A stretch of DNA of 63,641 nucleotides, the filler included, from Candidatus Omnitrophota bacterium (GTDB lineage: Bacteria; Omnitrophota; Gorgyraeia; Zapsychrales; Zapsychraceae): NCBI GenBank assembly GCA_015233495.1. It is 3 parts of 3 records of this genome, joined end to end, with 100 filler letters (N's around TTAATTAATTAA, not from the genome) between each part and the next. Parts side by side here need not be neighbours in the genome. Positions count along the whole stretch, not along the records: positions 45,950 to 63,641 come from JADFXQ010000038.1; 2 more parts are not named here. One strand, written 5' to 3'. Position numbers and translations under genes: made by a program. The notes beneath the pieces were generated by a model that was given only the letters and a program-made list of their open reading frames with translations, was not told the origin of the DNA and did no database searches. The stretch's first letter is position 1. Each line of letters begins with the position of its first letter. Below, one piece after another: positions 62,133 through 63,641 of this stretch.

Positions 62133-62729
62133 ATGTTAAAAAAGAATTCGGATCTTTTGGAAATTATTAAAAGAAGAGGGAGCACTAGAAAATATCAGCG
62201 GAAACCGATCCCCAAAGGAATTATGGACAAAATATTGGAAGCGGGGATTTGGGGCCCGTCCTTGATTAGATTTCAACCGTCTTTTTTTGTGGTTATAAAA
62301 GAGAGAAAAACCATTCAAGGCATAGCCGATATCTTACGGAAAAAGTCCGACGCGCTGGGGGTAGAAGGCCGGTTCTTCGTGGGAGCTTCTTCCCGGGTCA
62401 TCGCGAACGCGCCCAGTATTATTCTGGTTTATAACATGGGTTTTTTTGTAAAATACGCGAATATCTTTAGCACTTTTTACCAAAAAAGCGCCGCGATCGC
62501 CGAAATCGAAGTGATCGCCGCCGGCATACAAAATATGCTTTTGGTGGCGGAACAATATGGGATCGGAACATGCTGGCTGGATCACCCCTTGCTTTGGGAA
62601 AAAGAGGTAAACGCTTTAATTAAAACCGATCTGCCGCTGATTGCCCTTTTAACGCTCGGATATCCTGATGAACCAGCCAAAAGGGCGCCCAGAAAGAAAA
62701 AAGCGGAATTTATCAAAAGGATTGGTTAA
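62133..62729 (+). CDS. Nitroreductase-family protein
   Basis: IKRRGSTRKY, ILEAGIWGPS...QP, QNMLLVAEQYGIGTCW, LTLGYP. Confidence 0.9.
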   Translation: MLKKNSDLLEIIKRRGSTRKYQRKPIPKGIMDKILEAGIWGPSLIRFQPSFFVVIKERKTIQGIADILRKKSDALGVEGRFFVGASSRVIANAPSIILVYNMGFFVKYANIFSTFYQKSAAIAEIEVIAAGIQNMLLVAEQYGIGTCWLDHPLLWEKEVNALIKTDLPLIALLTLGYPDEPAKRAPRKKKAEFIKRIG

Positions 62730-62734
62730 ACGGC

Positions 62735-63641
62735 ATGGACATTTTTAGCATAACTTCATTTTTGTCTTTTGCTTCTACGGCGGCAATGGCAATAATCTTG
62801 TTTGCCAATCGCGGGGATAGAAATATAAGGATTATATTCGCGGCTTTATGCGCGTTTGTTTCTTTTTGGGGTTTAGGCGGCTGTTTTTTTTCGGCAACTT
62901 TAAATTTAACCCAAGTTTATTTTTGGTGGCAAATAGCCTATATCGGGGTTATTTTCGCGCCTGTTCTGTATGCGCATTTCGTTTTTGCCTATCTTAAGAT
63001 CAACCGAAAAAAATTATTATATTTGGCTTATGTCTTCACGATTTTTTGTCTGTTTTGTGTGTTTTGGAAAAAAGGATCTTTCTTGGGCGATTTTCGTTTG
63101 TTGAAAGACTCATATTATTATCTTGATTGGCAAAGTTATCGAAGCCCCCTTTATTTGTTTTTTTATATTGCCTGCTATTGGATATTGGTTTTATACGCTT
63201 TCAGTCTTTTGTTGATTCGGTATTTCAGTTTAAGGGGTTTTGAAAAGCTGCAATTAAAGTATTTGATTTTAGGCTCGAGCATTGGCTGGATAGGCCCGCA
63301 TGGCCATTTTCTTAATATTTTTGGTTATTATTTTTACCCTCCCATATTTAATCTTTTTATTGCCGCTTATCCGGTTATCATTACTTATTCGATTGTGAAA
63401 TATCGTCTTCTGGATATACGAGTCGCGATGAGCCGGGTGGCAATTTTTATTTTTGTTTATGCCTTGGTTCTGGGGCTGCCGTTTTATGTGCATTTATTGG
63501 GATTTAAATTTCAGGCCTTGATCATGGGCATCGGCTTAGCTTCCGCCGGGCCGTTTATTTACAACATTATTCAGCGCCGGGCGGAGGCTAAGATTCTTGA
63601 GGAGGAGCGGTATTATCAGAAGACCGTGCGGGCTTTGGCGC
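62735..63641 (+). CDS. Sensor protein with an N-terminal 7TM domain (HisKA_7TM-like); 3'-partial
   Basis: Open frame MDIFSITSFLSF...WWQIAYIGVIFAPVLYAHF...LQLKYLILG...YSIVKYRLLDI runs off the window; absent from the ORF track. Confidence 0.8.
   Translation, partial: MDIFSITSFLSFASTAAMAIILFANRGDRNIRIIFAALCAFVSFWGLGGCFFSATLNLTQVYFWWQIAYIGVIFAPVLYAHFVFAYLKINRKKLLYLAYVFTIFCLFCVFWKKGSFLGDFRLLKDSYYYLDWQSYRSPLYLFFYIACYWILVLYAFSLLLIRYFSLRGFEKLQLKYLILGSSIGWIGPHGHFLNIFGYYFYPPIFNLFIAAYPVIITYSIVKYRLLDIRVAMSRVAIFIFVYALVLGLPFYVHLLGFKFQALIMGIGLASAGPFIYNIIQRRAEAKILEEERYYQKTVRALA

Overview
This window is three contigs joined by artificial 100-bp linkers (44 N + TTAATTAATTAA + 44 N at 23466-23565 and 45850-45949), so gene context must not be read across them. 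Gene content suggests a diderm bacterium, most likely Candidatus Omnitrophota (my inference from recalled protein families, not verified). Contig A (1-23465) carries a ~17 kb minus-strand operon that joins a type IVb-like pilus module to a P-type Trb type IV secretion system. The pilus module has a secretin, alignment proteins, an ATPase, a platform protein and three pilins, the last fused to a phage tail-collar domain. The Trb genes run trbC-D-E-J-L-F-G-I-B, with no relaxase or coupling protein. Downstream lie a shortened ORF6N gene with three related palindromes, two toxin-antitoxin pairs plus a relic, and a 1014-aa secreted modular protein. Contig B (23566-45849) has an RND/TolC pair (RND split by a probable amplification chimera), carotenoid genes (crtB, crtI, two lycopene-cyclase domains), a complete kdpFABCDE locus, tandem Tyr-rich paralogs, tmRNA with an unusual 28-codon tag, and smpB. 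Contig C (45950-63641) has mreBCD-mrdA-rodA followed by a type II FAS/PKS-like cluster. That cluster contains a KS, a catalytically dead KS, a KR, a degenerate DH, an ACP, a reductase, an FAD oxidoreductase and a nitroreductase, interleaved with two PilB/GspE ATPases and a stand-alone MshEN-like protein, and ends in a 7TM sensor. The best candidates for an undescribed system are the hybrid pilus/T4SS with its modular substrate and the lipid-biosynthesis/pilus-ATPase cluster. All family assignments come from motif recognition by eye; no searches were run.
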